From Candidatus Hydrogenedentota bacterium (GTDB lineage Bacteria; Hydrogenedentota; Hydrogenedentia; Hydrogenedentales; JAEUWI01): a stretch of DNA of 64,000 bases. The notes beneath the pieces were generated by a model. It was not told where the DNA came from and ran no database searches. It was given only the letters and a program-made list of their open reading frames with translations. Within the stretch, counting starts at the first letter, position 1. Every line of letters starts with the position of its first letter. The DNA lies in NCBI GenBank assembly GCA_034669905.1, contig JAXMOL010000028.1:1-64000 (forward strand), given 5' to 3'. Shown here in pieces: positions 27,001 to 37,125 of this stretch. A program made the position numbers and the translations under genes.

Positions 27001-27460
27001 GCAATTCCTTGCGGGCCACCTCCCGGTTCATCCGCCGGTCCCACACGGTGACGATGCGCCCCATGCCGCCCCGGTCGTGCTCTTGGAGGGAAAGATAGCG
27101 CTCTTCTTCCTGGAGCTGTAGGAACTCCAGGTCCAGCGCGACCGATTCCCCCGCGGCCAGGGACTCAGCCAGCAGCGTGCGCGCCTCAGGGTCGTAGAGC
27201 TTGTCCGTCAGTTGCCGCAGGATATCCTGCTCATAGGCATCCAAAGCCCCCTTGGCCACGAGCACATCGACAATACTGCTTTCCCCATCGCCCTGCGTCG
27301 CCTCCCGGGCTTCCCGAATCACCGCTGGAGCCACCCCAAAGAGTTGTTGACAGGCCTCTGCCAACAATGTGTCCCGATCTTTTCGCATGAATTTCGCCCC
27401 CATTGCCGTCTTGTGCGAATCACCTGCGGATAATTCCGATATTGAACCGTTCCCCCCCAT
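24017..27460 (-). CDS. Membrane-anchored Ser/Thr protein kinase with WD40 repeats (paralog 2)
   Basis: GGMG, VARKE, HRDLKPAN, DWGLAK, GTPHYMPPEQ; TM helix; many FSPDG/W WD40 repeats; start may be 27403 or 27388. Confidence 0.93.
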   Translation of the reverse strand: MGGNGSISELSAGDSHKTAMGAKFMRKDRDTLLAEACQQLFGVAPAVIREAREATQGDGESSIVDVLVAKGALDAYEQDILRQLTDKLYDPEARTLLAESLAAGESVALDLEFLQLQEEERYLSLQEHDRGGMGRIVTVWDRRMNREVARKELLSRHTESGSGNGSSDGKRRRVMGRFLREAQVTGRLQHPSIVPVYEIGRRDDGTVYYTMKFVRGRTLERAIQAAGDIAGRLELLPHIIDLCQAVAYAHSQGVIHRDLKPANVMIGEFGETYLIDWGLAKFMGRDEAVEGDGDGTAEEEDGDLDNLTAEGEVMGTPHYMPPEQAAGKLRELDERSDIYALGAVLYHLLTGERPFDGLSRMRVLSQVLQAEPLAPDKVEPDVPPALAAICRRAMEIDPAQRYSTARELAAEVQRYESGGRVAAHDYGRVELMRRFLTRHRPVVATAVLGLFVLMVVVVYAFLALNERADAEREARVEAERAVYAMGLNIAQQEMRERDYSSMAQSLYSSEDGRKGWEWGHLYFQISAQRDYSFEHEIAFEDVEVTRDGTHLATADYTGCAAIWNIEARRAEQTFHLHDTNVLDIALHPDGNVLASSSLGGEIAVHDIGSGDTVAAWYLPGGVARELTFSPDGSYLLAAGAKSVSVWHWMTQTRHGDLHGDGAEMYAVRFSPDGTFLAGGDAAGMVYVWNWGTGQRVFNQMGHATGHRGAYSGTLSVAFRPGTNSLASSGADTRIVIWDWRTGMMIRELREFRTKVWCVDYAPDGSTLLAVSAGGAPRLWDAQRDYDFLRNIGSQAAASARYSIDGSEVYRTGGNGRVETWYMEDGHRPIYLESDDGEPADLSFHPSGQKLLAVTEEGGLYSWPIASFAHVPRRGIHTHLCDVARVRMRQSVTARQLGLAAPGGSSAIAVHPEGRLVSISTGGGRIEHRDVNSGSVLGAFRIPDYPDGIRVLAYHPDGRTLFASGYGDEFGRDAVLLDAETGSVRWRLSGHTREITHLSFTADGRYAATGSRDSNIRIWNVENGKLANILKDAHGRHAVEFVFDPTGHYIARSNSDNVTIQSTEVGSDFHREFYGAWGDILSVAFNPDGTRLVAVTSEETVLWDRTSGVKLVTLPVGGTKVRFSPDGSVLATLGMDRRIALWHALPWK

Positions 27461-27499
27461 AATATCAAACTCTCCCCGTCCGTGAAACTGGGTCGCGGG

Positions 27500-30400
27500 T
27501 CACTCCCACGGCAGGGCGTGCCACACCCCCACGCGCTCATCGGCACCGGCCGTGGCCAGGGTGAGCCCGTCAGGACTGAAGGCCACATCGTTGGCACCGT
27601 GGGGCAAACTCAGCAGCACAGCCCCGGTCGCCACCCCCCAGACTTTTACCGAACTGACATCACAGGCCGCAATGCGCCGTCCATCGGGACTGAAGCACAC
27701 CTTACCGGCCCGCCCATGCAGCCCATGAAATTGCTGCACAATGGCACCGCTTTTCAAATCCCACAGCAGCACCAATGCCCGGTCGTGCGACGTGACCAGA
27801 TACTGGCCATCGGGCGAGAAGGCGACCCCATAGACCCACCCATCCCCTTCCGTCAGACGATGTATCAGTCGGCCGCGGAGCACATCCCAGACATAGGCGC
27901 TTCCATCCCGGCACCCCGCCGCGAGGTAGCGTCCACCATTGCTGTATGCCACGGAATCGATGGTGTTGGTGGCACCGGAAAAACTACGCAACAACTGACC
28001 CGATTCGACCGACCATTCACGGAGCTTCGGAAGCGGGTCCCCGCCCCACCCCGCCGTGACGATTCGCGCCCCATCGGGGTGATAAACCAGGCACCGCACC
28101 CCGTTGGTATATTCCGGTATATGAAGGCGACGCGTCAGCGCACCGGACGCTACGTCCCAGGTAAGCACATAGCCCTTGTTGTCCCCCGCGCTCACTTCCT
28201 TCCCATCGGGGTGGAAGGCCAGGGGGTGGGTCCACCGTTGCCCCCCTTCCAATACGTGGTCCGGAGAGGCCTTCCCTCTTTCCAACGCCCGCCCAGGTTC
28301 CCAGAGCAACACCCGGCCGTCCCCTCCCTCTTTCCAGTGTCCCCCCGTAGAAGCCAACCACGTGCCGTCGGGACTGAAACGCACCCCATTAACCTCGGCA
28401 CGGTGGCCTTCCAGATAACGACCTTCCAACTCCGGTGTCAGCCCCCAGCCCCGCACGTGTTCCGATCCGCCCACGGTAAGCAGCTGCGTTCCATCAGGCA
28501 GGTAACGGGATTGCTTGGTGATACCCTCGCCCTTGATCCAGGTAGGGCCCTCTTCGCCGGTTGCAAGGTCCCAGAACGACACCCGATCTCGGGTGGTTGT
28601 GGTCAGGGTCTTTCCATCGGGCGAAAAACGGGCCGACCAGACCCGGGTCAGGTAGTCGTCAAAGGTGTGATGCAGGCTTCCGCTCGTGCTCTCCCAGACC
28701 TTGGCCGTCGCATCCGTACCGCTGCTGGCCAGCCAACGGCTATCCGGGCTGAAGGACACGGACACTGTCCCTTGCACGCCCTGTTGCTGGGACTCGCTGT
28801 GACCGTCATGCTGCCATAGCGGGGTCGCCGTTTCCCAATCCCAGAGCCGCACCATGCCATGGTCATCGCCGACGGCGAGCCACGCACCATTGGGGGAAAT
28901 CGCGAGACCATTAATGACGAAGGGCGCCGGAAACTTCCGAAGCACCGTGCCCGTGGCCAACTCCCATTGGGATATCCCGTCATCCGTTCCTGCCGAAAGC
29001 AGATAGGCCCCATCGGGCGTGTACGCCAAGGCAGACGCACTGCCGCCGGGAGCCTGATAGTCAGCGAGGAACGCTCCGGTCTCTACTCCCCAACGCCGGA
29101 TTCGCCCATCCAATCCGGTGGTCGCAAATTCTTTCCCCTGGGGATGAAAGGCCACCGTCCACCCTTCGCTGTCCACGGTATACCTTCGTACCAGGCGCAT
29201 TTCGGGCAGGGACCACAGCAACGCCGCACCGCTGAAATCCAGGGTCACCACGTGCTCTCCCGTGGGACTGAGGTCCATGGCAGCGAGGCGACCGGGGTGG
29301 CCCTCGTAACTCTGACGCCGCAGTTGGGAGAGATAGTGCAGGTGCCCCCATTCCCAACCGCGGTATTCCAAGGGACTTTCCTCGAGGATACGGTTCACCT
29401 CATCATATTGAAATTCCCCGAGGCTGCGCTGGGCCAGCGCGATTGAGAGGTCGTACCGTTCCTGGTCTGACTGAAGACGCAGGGCCCGCTCGGTTAAACG
29501 ACCATCGCGCAGGGTGAGCATGGAATAGATCACCACGCAGACCAGGAGCACGGCCGCCACGGCGCCGGTCATCACGGCGGGGCGGTGTTTTTTCACAAAC
29601 CGGAGCGCATGTTCGCGCAGGCCATAGTCGTGGGAGGCCACCACCGCACCGGACTGAAAGCGGAGCACCTCATCGGCCAATTCCCGCGCCGTGTGGTAGC
29701 GTGCCGACGGCTCGCGGGCCATCGCCCGCTTGCAGATGGTGGCCAGCGCCCCGGGTAGTTGGGGACACACCGTTTCAGGTGCTGCGGGTGACTCCTTCAA
29801 CACCGCCCGGATAACCTCCAGGCGCGACAGGGATTCAAAGGGACGGTGGCCCGTCAGCAGTTGATACAACACGGCCCCCAGGGCATACACATCCGTACGG
29901 GCATCCAGGGCATGGTGCTGGCCCGCCGCCTGCTCCGGAGCCATGTAATGGGGCGTCCCGATGAGTTGGCCGTCCATCGTCAATCCCGGGCTATTGCGCT
30001 CCGATGTGACGACGGACCCCGCGCCGTTTTCTTCCATCTCCTCCCCACTGTCGGTCTCTTTGGCCAGGCCCCAATCAATGACCAGGGTCTCACCAAACTC
30101 GCCAATCATCACATTGCTCGGCTTGAGGTCCCGGTGAATGACCCCATGGGCATGGGCATAGGCCATGGCCTGGCACATGTCGACATAGTGGGGAAGCAGG
30201 TCCATTCGCTCTTCCAGCGTCTGCGCGTCCCGAATGGCCTGACGAAGGGTTTTCCCCCGGACGAATTTCATGGTGTAGTACAGGGTGCCATCGGCCCGCT
30301 CGCCGATTTCGTGCACGGGTATGATACCCGGATGCTGGAGACGCCCCGTAACCTGAGCCTCTTTCAGGAATCGGGCAATCACCCGCTGGCGCGCAACGCC

Positions 30401-30937
30401 CGTGTCGGGATCACTGCCGTGGCGGGCCACTGTGTCGGGCAGCAATTCCTTGAGGGCCACCTCCCGCGCCATGCGCCGGTCCCACACGGACCGCACCCGC
30501 CCCATGCCCCCGCGCCCCTGTTCCTTCAGGTGCTCATAGCGGAGATCGCCCTCTACGCCGAGTAAGCGCCAGGACGGTGGAAGGGCGCGAAACCCGTTGG
30601 GAGAATCGTTGGCCTTTGGGTCCATCGCGGCCGTCGGGTCATCGGCACCCCGGGGATGAAAGGCGGTAACGGTGGGGCTTTCCCGGTCAGCGAGCTTCCG
30701 GGACAGCTCCTCAAGAAAAGCGCACTCAAAATCTTCCAGAAAACCACGCTGGCTTAATTCCTGGATGAAGGAGCGCTCCGACCCCGACAGGGTAGCATCG
30801 CGGGCCTCGGCCACGCAGGCCTCCGGCACATGGAAGACCTCCACACTCAGCGTTGCAACGATATCGTCAACCATATACTGCAACGATGGACACCCTTCTG
30901 ACACGGGACGACACTGCCCGAAAAACTTCGCACTCAC
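27500..30937 (-). CDS. Membrane-anchored Ser/Thr protein kinase with WD40 repeats (paralog 1)
   Basis: GRGGMG, VALKE, HRDLKPSN, DWGLAK, GTPHYMAPEQ; TM helix; WD40 repeats; start may be 30874. Confidence 0.93.
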   Translation of the reverse strand: MSAKFFGQCRPVSEGCPSLQYMVDDIVATLSVEVFHVPEACVAEARDATLSGSERSFIQELSQRGFLEDFECAFLEELSRKLADRESPTVTAFHPRGADDPTAAMDPKANDSPNGFRALPPSWRLLGVEGDLRYEHLKEQGRGGMGRVRSVWDRRMAREVALKELLPDTVARHGSDPDTGVARQRVIARFLKEAQVTGRLQHPGIIPVHEIGERADGTLYYTMKFVRGKTLRQAIRDAQTLEERMDLLPHYVDMCQAMAYAHAHGVIHRDLKPSNVMIGEFGETLVIDWGLAKETDSGEEMEENGAGSVVTSERNSPGLTMDGQLIGTPHYMAPEQAAGQHHALDARTDVYALGAVLYQLLTGHRPFESLSRLEVIRAVLKESPAAPETVCPQLPGALATICKRAMAREPSARYHTARELADEVLRFQSGAVVASHDYGLREHALRFVKKHRPAVMTGAVAAVLLVCVVIYSMLTLRDGRLTERALRLQSDQERYDLSIALAQRSLGEFQYDEVNRILEESPLEYRGWEWGHLHYLSQLRRQSYEGHPGRLAAMDLSPTGEHVVTLDFSGAALLWSLPEMRLVRRYTVDSEGWTVAFHPQGKEFATTGLDGRIRRWGVETGAFLADYQAPGGSASALAYTPDGAYLLSAGTDDGISQWELATGTVLRKFPAPFVINGLAISPNGAWLAVGDDHGMVRLWDWETATPLWQHDGHSESQQQGVQGTVSVSFSPDSRWLASSGTDATAKVWESTSGSLHHTFDDYLTRVWSARFSPDGKTLTTTTRDRVSFWDLATGEEGPTWIKGEGITKQSRYLPDGTQLLTVGGSEHVRGWGLTPELEGRYLEGHRAEVNGVRFSPDGTWLASTGGHWKEGGDGRVLLWEPGRALERGKASPDHVLEGGQRWTHPLAFHPDGKEVSAGDNKGYVLTWDVASGALTRRLHIPEYTNGVRCLVYHPDGARIVTAGWGGDPLPKLREWSVESGQLLRSFSGATNTIDSVAYSNGGRYLAAGCRDGSAYVWDVLRGRLIHRLTEGDGWVYGVAFSPDGQYLVTSHDRALVLLWDLKSGAIVQQFHGLHGRAGKVCFSPDGRRIAACDVSSVKVWGVATGAVLLSLPHGANDVAFSPDGLTLATAGADERVGVWHALPWE

Positions 30938-31013
30938 CTTTGCGCTGTTCTTCTATAATACAATCTTGGCGCAGAAAGGTAAACCACCCACCGAGTTCGA
31001 CGAGCCCAGGCGC

Positions 31014-32540
31014 TCAGCGGGGTGTCACGTCGATTTCGAACCAGACAATCTGCTGTCCATCGGGCTGGTGAATGACCACCTCATTGCGGCCCGCCTTGAC
31101 CGAGTCCGGCAAACATGCAAAACGCAGGGCGCGAACGGCACCAGGAAACTGTCCCGGATTCTCCAGATCTTCGCCCGCGCCACATGGAACACCATTGATA
31201 GTGGCCCGGCAGGCCGCCTTCGCTACCCCCTCCTGCTTTCCAAGCCCAATCACCACCGAGACGGTCGCATCCTCGGGACGGGGCCCGATATTCATCTGGA
31301 AGCTCACTTCGGTCTCCGTCGCGGGCAGCACCGCGCCATTGGGAAACCCCGAAGGGACGGTGTCGCGAAAGGCCTGGATGTGGCGGCGCGGCGCGCTGGT
31401 CACGACGTCCAGGCCAAGGCCCTGCTCCACGAGTACCCGGTAGTTTGCCTCGGTAACGGGCCGGGTTTGGGAGTCCATGTAATTGAAAAGATAGATCTGG
31501 TCCGCGCCCCGGTGCCAGGCGCTGGCTGCAAAGCCCCGTGTGGCCGCCATGTCGTTCGCGATGGGTGCGCCTCCGGGATAGGCCCGCGTGTTGTGCTCAA
31601 TGCCCGGTGCCAGCACGATACCTTCGGCATCCGCGCCCAGGCGCTCCCGCCAGAGTTCCACGGGAATGTCAAAATCCGTCGTGGTCCAGAAGGGACAGGG
31701 CACCAGCACATCCACCAGGCCTTCTTTCACCCACCGCACACCGTCCATGCCAAGGCCCCGCGCCGCATCGGGATGGGCCGGCACACGGGCCCCCAGCTTA
31801 ATCGCATGGCCCCGCTTCTCCCCCCACGCCTTCGTCAACTGGCGGACTTCCCGCATGAATTGGGTCAGAATTTCCGCACCCGCCGCCTCTTCGCCCGCCC
31901 GGAAATGCCAGCCGAAACGCATCCAGTCCAACTCCAGGCCGTCGGGATCGTATCGCTCCAGGAGTTCCTTCACGAAGTCCATGTTGTGCTTTCGCACCGC
32001 TTCATGGCCGTAGTCCAGTGCCCGCGCGGTGTAGCCGCCGCTCGTATCATTCGGCACGCGCCACATTTCCGGGTGTTCCAACCAGAATGAACTGTGCATG
32101 TAGCTCTTCGTGTTCGGCACCTCATGGAGATCATTCATCCGCATGGAGAGCCACGGCGAAATCCCCTTCTCCCGACTCCGGGCTATCCAGATCGCATAGG
32201 GGTCAAGGCCCTTCTCGTGGAGGGTGAGCGCATTCTCCATCCAGGCCCTGCCGTTACCCGGTGGGGGCATTTCCTGATCACCGATTTCCCAGATGGCCTC
32301 CCGCGTATTGCTCTTAAAACTCGCTTTCATGGAGTTGACACTGAGAAACAAGTGGCTCACCCTGGTGTCCGCGTATTGGTCTACGAAGGCATGGAGGCCC
32401 TCCGTGGTCATCTCGCCGGCAGACCGGGTTGTATAGAAGTGGCTGTTGTCTTCGTTGATGATGAGGCCCGGTTGCTCGAGGGCGATTGCGGTGCTCGCGG
32501 CAAGCAGGGCGAGAAAAAGAAAAAGACGGCATTGATTCAT
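31014..32540 (-). CDS. Secreted GHL10/DUF187-like glycoside hydrolase
   Basis: Signal peptide; SMRMND.H; LDY....VR......ELLERYDPDGLELDWMR; WVKEGLVD. Confidence 0.75.
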   Translation of the reverse strand: MNQCRLFLFLALLAASTAIALEQPGLIINEDNSHFYTTRSAGEMTTEGLHAFVDQYADTRVSHLFLSVNSMKASFKSNTREAIWEIGDQEMPPPGNGRAWMENALTLHEKGLDPYAIWIARSREKGISPWLSMRMNDLHEVPNTKSYMHSSFWLEHPEMWRVPNDTSGGYTARALDYGHEAVRKHNMDFVKELLERYDPDGLELDWMRFGWHFRAGEEAAGAEILTQFMREVRQLTKAWGEKRGHAIKLGARVPAHPDAARGLGMDGVRWVKEGLVDVLVPCPFWTTTDFDIPVELWRERLGADAEGIVLAPGIEHNTRAYPGGAPIANDMAATRGFAASAWHRGADQIYLFNYMDSQTRPVTEANYRVLVEQGLGLDVVTSAPRRHIQAFRDTVPSGFPNGAVLPATETEVSFQMNIGPRPEDATVSVVIGLGKQEGVAKAACRATINGVPCGAGEDLENPGQFPGAVRALRFACLPDSVKAGRNEVVIHQPDGQQIVWFEIDVTPR

Positions 32541-32654
32541 AAGGTGCACTCCCGGCGTACGGTTCAGAAAAAGGGCGGACGTAGCGTACGACTACCATAG
32601 CGTTATACCCGGTGGGGCTGGAGATTGCAATGGGACCTCACGTAGGATCAGGCC

Positions 32655-33725
32655 ATGCACATTCTCTTCTTCGGCAACGCCTCCACACGCATCGCGGCCA
32701 TCCGCTATCGCATCGGCACCTTCGCCCGCATGCTCGAGGCCGATGGCCATACCACGACCATTTTCCTGCCCCTCACGATGGAAGAGGAACACCATTACTA
32801 CGGCAAGGCTTCCAAGTGGGGCAAGGCCTGGCTCCTCACCCGGACCGCCCTCCGACGACTGGGCCAGTTGCGCCACGTCCGGCGTGCCGATGTCATCTAT
32901 TTTCGCGGCAAGCTCTTCCCCTATGGCCCACCACTGCTGGAATACCTTGTCTGCTGGTTGAACCCACGGGTCATCTTCGATATCGATGACGCCATCTGGG
33001 AGCCTCCGGCCCACGTGAACAGCCGCTTCCTCTGGCTCGTCGACTACGGGTGGACCCGAAAGATGGCCCGGTGCTGTCGGCACGCCGTGGTGGGCAATGA
33101 GACCCTGGCGGAATACGTGCGCCCCCTTAATCCGAATATCACCGTCATCCCCACCTGCATCGACATGGAGCGCCACGGCGAAAAATCCTATGGGCCCGCA
33201 AACCCGGTCGTGTTGGGTTGGACGGGCCTGAAAGATAACCTGGGCTACCTCACCCCCATCGAGCCCGTGCTCCAGCGCTTGGCGAAGGCTCATGGTGTCA
33301 CGCTCCACATCGCCACCGGGCGGGACTACACCCTGGAAGGCGTCACGGTCGAGAACACCCGCTGGCAACTCGACGAGGAAATTGCCTATCTGCAGCAGGC
33401 CGACATTGGACTCATGCCCCTCCACGACACCCCCCGTGCCCGTGGCAAGTGCGCCTTCAAGGCCCTCCAATACATGGCGGTGGGCACGCCGGTCGTCCTT
33501 TCGCCGGTAGGGATGAATGCCGACGTCGTGACCGATGGCGAGGATGGGTTCCTGGCCGACAGCCCCGAGGAATGGGAAGAAAAACTCACGCACCTCGTGA
33601 AGAACCCGGCCCTTCGGGAGTCCATGGGCCGGGCAGCACGTAATACGGTGGAGACACGCTATAGCCACGCGGTGTATTATCCCGTGCTCAAGGCCTGTCT
33701 GGAAAAAGTGGCGAATGAATCATGA
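32655..33725 (+). CDS. Glycosyltransferase family 4
   Basis: IRYRI, FDIDDAIW, GWTG, DIGLMPL...GKCAFKALQYMA.G.PVV.SPVG.N. Confidence 0.9.
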   Translation: MHILFFGNASTRIAAIRYRIGTFARMLEADGHTTTIFLPLTMEEEHHYYGKASKWGKAWLLTRTALRRLGQLRHVRRADVIYFRGKLFPYGPPLLEYLVCWLNPRVIFDIDDAIWEPPAHVNSRFLWLVDYGWTRKMARCCRHAVVGNETLAEYVRPLNPNITVIPTCIDMERHGEKSYGPANPVVLGWTGLKDNLGYLTPIEPVLQRLAKAHGVTLHIATGRDYTLEGVTVENTRWQLDEEIAYLQQADIGLMPLHDTPRARGKCAFKALQYMAVGTPVVLSPVGMNADVVTDGEDGFLADSPEEWEEKLTHLVKNPALRESMGRAARNTVETRYSHAVYYPVLKACLEKVANES

Positions 33726-34995
33726 CCTTGCCACTCCATACGGCACCGCGACCGAAACAAATACGAAAGCACGTGTATTGATGCCCCTGATCCCCTCCAA
33801 CGACCCGGATATCGCCCTCGCCGAAGAATGGCTGGCCGAACTGGAAGCCTGGGTACACACCCACGGCACCGTCGGCCCGGACCCCTTCGACGTAAAGGCC
33901 CATCCGTGGCTCCGTGCGCTCCAGGCCTACCCCCTGCTGCGCCGCACGAGTACCGTCCTCTGTGATGCCTTTCCCCATCTGAGTCGCCGTCTCCTCCGCA
34001 TTGCACCCACCGAAAACCCCAAGACCCACGCGCTCCTGGCCATCGGCGATCTCCGCCTCTTCCAGCTCACCGGAGACGCCCCCTATCAGGCACAGGCCGA
34101 GGCCCATCTCCAGTGGCTCCACGCTCATGCCCACCCCGATTTTGACCATTTGTGCTGGGGCTATCCCTTCGGCATCAAGGCCCAGGGGCTGGAAACCACG
34201 CCCCACGCGCCCGTTTCGGTGGTTGGCGCCATCGCGGGCGAAGCCTTCCTATTGGCCTACGAGGTGCTCCAGCAACCCGCCTATCGCGAAGCCGCCATCT
34301 CCATCGCGCACCACTTCCTCGATGAAGTCCCCATCTACCCCGCCTCGGAATCGGCGTGTTGTTTCTGCTACGGCCCCGAAGATTACCGCCGGGTCCACAA
34401 CGCCAACCTCCTCGTGGCCCAGCACCTCCTCGACGTGGCGGTCTTGACCGACGACACCCCCATGGCCCAAACGGCTATCCGGGCCGTCCAGTTCACCCTC
34501 GCTCACCAACGCCCCGATGGGGCCTTTCCCTATGGGCACCATCAATCCAGTGACCCCTACGAGGCCGGCCTGTTAAACGTGGTCGACCACCACCACACCG
34601 GCTTCGTGCTCCGCTCCCTGTCGGCCATCAATCGCCATGCCGATAACGCCGTGATTCGTGCCGCCCTGCGTCGGGGCTACACCTACTACAAGACCGCGCT
34701 TTACACAGCAGCAGGCATGCCCCGCACCGAATCCGCCCGTTACCCTGTCAACATCCACGCCTGCGCCGAGGCCATCCTTTGCCCCACCCTCCTCAGCAAC
34801 GAGATGATGGGCGCAAAGAAACAGGCGGTGCTGGCCCTCCGCTGGACCTGGTCCGCCCTGCGCAACCCCCGCAACGGCGCCCCCTATTACCGCAAGTATT
34901 GGGGATTCACCAGTAAAATCACCTACCCCCGCTGGGGCGTCGCCTGGATGTACCGCAGTCTGGCCGAATACCTGTGGCGCTTTGGTTCACGCTGA
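33715..34995 (+). CDS. Conserved (alpha/alpha)-barrel-like protein of polysaccharide loci
   Basis: DPFD, NPK, WGYPF, VHNANL, QRPDG.FPY, DHHHTGF and YPRWG.AWM motifs; overlaps the upstream GT4. Confidence 0.7.
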   Translation: MNHDLATPYGTATETNTKARVLMPLIPSNDPDIALAEEWLAELEAWVHTHGTVGPDPFDVKAHPWLRALQAYPLLRRTSTVLCDAFPHLSRRLLRIAPTENPKTHALLAIGDLRLFQLTGDAPYQAQAEAHLQWLHAHAHPDFDHLCWGYPFGIKAQGLETTPHAPVSVVGAIAGEAFLLAYEVLQQPAYREAAISIAHHFLDEVPIYPASESACCFCYGPEDYRRVHNANLLVAQHLLDVAVLTDDTPMAQTAIRAVQFTLAHQRPDGAFPYGHHQSSDPYEAGLLNVVDHHHTGFVLRSLSAINRHADNAVIRAALRRGYTYYKTALYTAAGMPRTESARYPVNIHACAEAILCPTLLSNEMMGAKKQAVLALRWTWSALRNPRNGAPYYRKYWGFTSKITYPRWGVAWMYRSLAEYLWRFGSR

Positions 34996-35145
34996 GACCC
35001 ACGCGTTGCATCCCCGGGAATGGGCACAGTACCATGGGCCCTCAGGGAAACGGGGACGAATCGCGAGGAGTTCAGGCATGCTGTACCAAACCATGAAACC
35101 CACGGAGGCGGCCCACCCCGTGAAAGCCCGTGAAAGTATCACCCG

Positions 35146-36291
35146 GTGAAAATCTGTCTCCTCGGTGTCTATCACGATGCCTTTGACAAGCGCATGTACC
35201 ACAAGGTGGGCCGCAGTCTTATGAAGGCAGGGCACCTGGTCATTTCCATTTGTCCCGAAGGCGAGTTCACGGGCGAACTTCGCGATGGCATCCGCTTTCG
35301 CTACATCCCGCCGGCCCCGGGCCTCTTCCGCCGCTTTTGCGCTATCGGGCATCTGGTCCGTGCCGCCCACAAGGAAGCGGCCGATGTCTATGTGGCCCCC
35401 GAAGCGGAATCCTGGGTGGCCGCCCTCCTCATCAAACTCTTCTGGGGCGCCAAGGTCGTCTTTGACATGCACGAACATGTGCCCTCCAAGTTCTCCCACT
35501 ACTTTCCCCCGGTCCTGCGCTCCTATGTGGTCGCCCTGACCCGATGGGTGATGCGCCGCATGGCCGACTACACCGACCACATCATCCTCACCCGAGACAG
35601 CTTTGAACCGGAGTGGAGCGGCCTGAAAACCCCGCGTACCGTGGTGATTAACGCCAACCATCTCCAGCCCGCCTGCACGGAGATTCCCGATACGGTACGT
35701 ACCCGGATTGGCACCGGCCCCGTGGTGATTCACCAGGGCCTCTTCGGCGATGTTCGGGGTTCGTGGCAACTGCTGGATGCCATGAAGATTGTCGTGAAGA
35801 AAGTGCCCGATGTGCGTTGTGTGCTGCTCGGTGAATACGCCTATGGGGACTTCCAGGAATACCGGGAGGCCGTAGCGCGTGCGGGATTGGGAGATACCTT
35901 CGTCTTTCTCGACACCGTACCTTATGAAGAGGTGCCTGCCTACATTGCGGCATCCGATGTGGGCCTCATCCTCTTTCAACCGGGCCGGGTAAACCACACC
36001 CTCTCCATGCCCCACAAGCTCTTTGACTACATGCGCGAAGGCAAACCCGTGATCGCGCCCGATTTTGCCGTGGAAGTGGCCCACATCGTGGATCACAGCG
36101 AAGCCGGTGTCCTGGTGGAAATCACCCGCCCCAAGGCCATCGCCCTCGCCATTCGACGCCTCCTGCAGGAACCCGCCCTGGCCCGACGCCTGGGTGCCAA
36201 CGGGCGGACCGCTATCGAGACACGCTACAACTGGGAGCAGGAAGAGAAAAAACTGCTGGCCGCCTTCGATGCACTGGAACCGAAAACCTGA
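35146..36291 (+). CDS. Glycosyltransferase family 4
   Basis: VFDMHE, VPYEEV...[22 protein letters not shown]. Confidence 0.9.
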   Translation: MKICLLGVYHDAFDKRMYHKVGRSLMKAGHLVISICPEGEFTGELRDGIRFRYIPPAPGLFRRFCAIGHLVRAAHKEAADVYVAPEAESWVAALLIKLFWGAKVVFDMHEHVPSKFSHYFPPVLRSYVVALTRWVMRRMADYTDHIILTRDSFEPEWSGLKTPRTVVINANHLQPACTEIPDTVRTRIGTGPVVIHQGLFGDVRGSWQLLDAMKIVVKKVPDVRCVLLGEYAYGDFQEYREAVARAGLGDTFVFLDTVPYEEVPAYIAASDVGLILFQPGRVNHTLSMPHKLFDYMREGKPVIAPDFAVEVAHIVDHSEAGVLVEITRPKAIALAIRRLLQEPALARRLGANGRTAIETRYNWEQEEKKLLAAFDALEPKT

Positions 36292-36404
36292 CGCCCCCCT
36301 CGCGCACCCGCCATGTTACGTCCCCGTTACATCCCCCGGGGCCGACTCTGATACACTCAGGCCATGGAACGCCTGCATTTCAGGCGATTGGGGAACCGAT
36401 TCGC

Positions 36405-37112
36405 GTGGGCGAAATTCTGACAAACAACCGAATCTCCGTGGTGGTACCCGTCTACAATGAAGTGGACACTGCGGCAGCGATCATCGCGCAAATTCGTGCC
36501 GTCAATGATCTCGATATCGAGCTCATTGTCGTCGACGACGGATCTACCGACGGCACCCGCGAGGTGCTGGAAGGGCTGCGCGATGAGCTCGATCACCTAA
36601 TCGTCCATCCACACAACCAGGGAAAAGGGGCGGCCCTGCGCAGTGGATTCCAACACGCAACCGGGGACATCGCCCTCGTGCAGGATGCCGATTTGGAATA
36701 TGACCCCCGGGAATACCATCGCCTGGTGGCGCCCATTGTTGCGGGGCATGCCGACGTGGTCTACGGCTCGCGCTTCATGGGCGGCGATTCCCACCGGGTA
36801 CTCTATTTCTGGCATTATGTCGCCAATCGCCTCCTGACCCTCCTCTCCAACATGTTGACCAACTTGAATCTTTCCGATATGGAAACCTGTTACAAAGTCT
36901 TCCGCCGGGAACTCATTCAATCCATCACAATCCAGGAACGGGGCTTTGGCGTCGAACCGGAATTGACCGCCAAGGTTGCCCGACGTAAGGCGCGCATCTA
37001 CGAAGTAGGCATCTCCTACTACGGCCGCACCTATGAAGACGGCAAGAAGATTGGCCTGAAAGACGCCCTCTGGGCGGTGTATTGTATTGTCCGTTACAAC
37101 CTCTTCCCATAA
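36405..37112 (+). CDS. Glycosyltransferase family 2 (DPM1-like)
   Basis: [44 protein letters not shown]. Confidence 0.92.
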   Translation: MGEILTNNRISVVVPVYNEVDTAAAIIAQIRAVNDLDIELIVVDDGSTDGTREVLEGLRDELDHLIVHPHNQGKGAALRSGFQHATGDIALVQDADLEYDPREYHRLVAPIVAGHADVVYGSRFMGGDSHRVLYFWHYVANRLLTLLSNMLTNLNLSDMETCYKVFRRELIQSITIQERGFGVEPELTAKVARRKARIYEVGISYYGRTYEDGKKIGLKDALWAVYCIVRYNLFP

Positions 37113-37125
37113 GAACCCCCACGCC

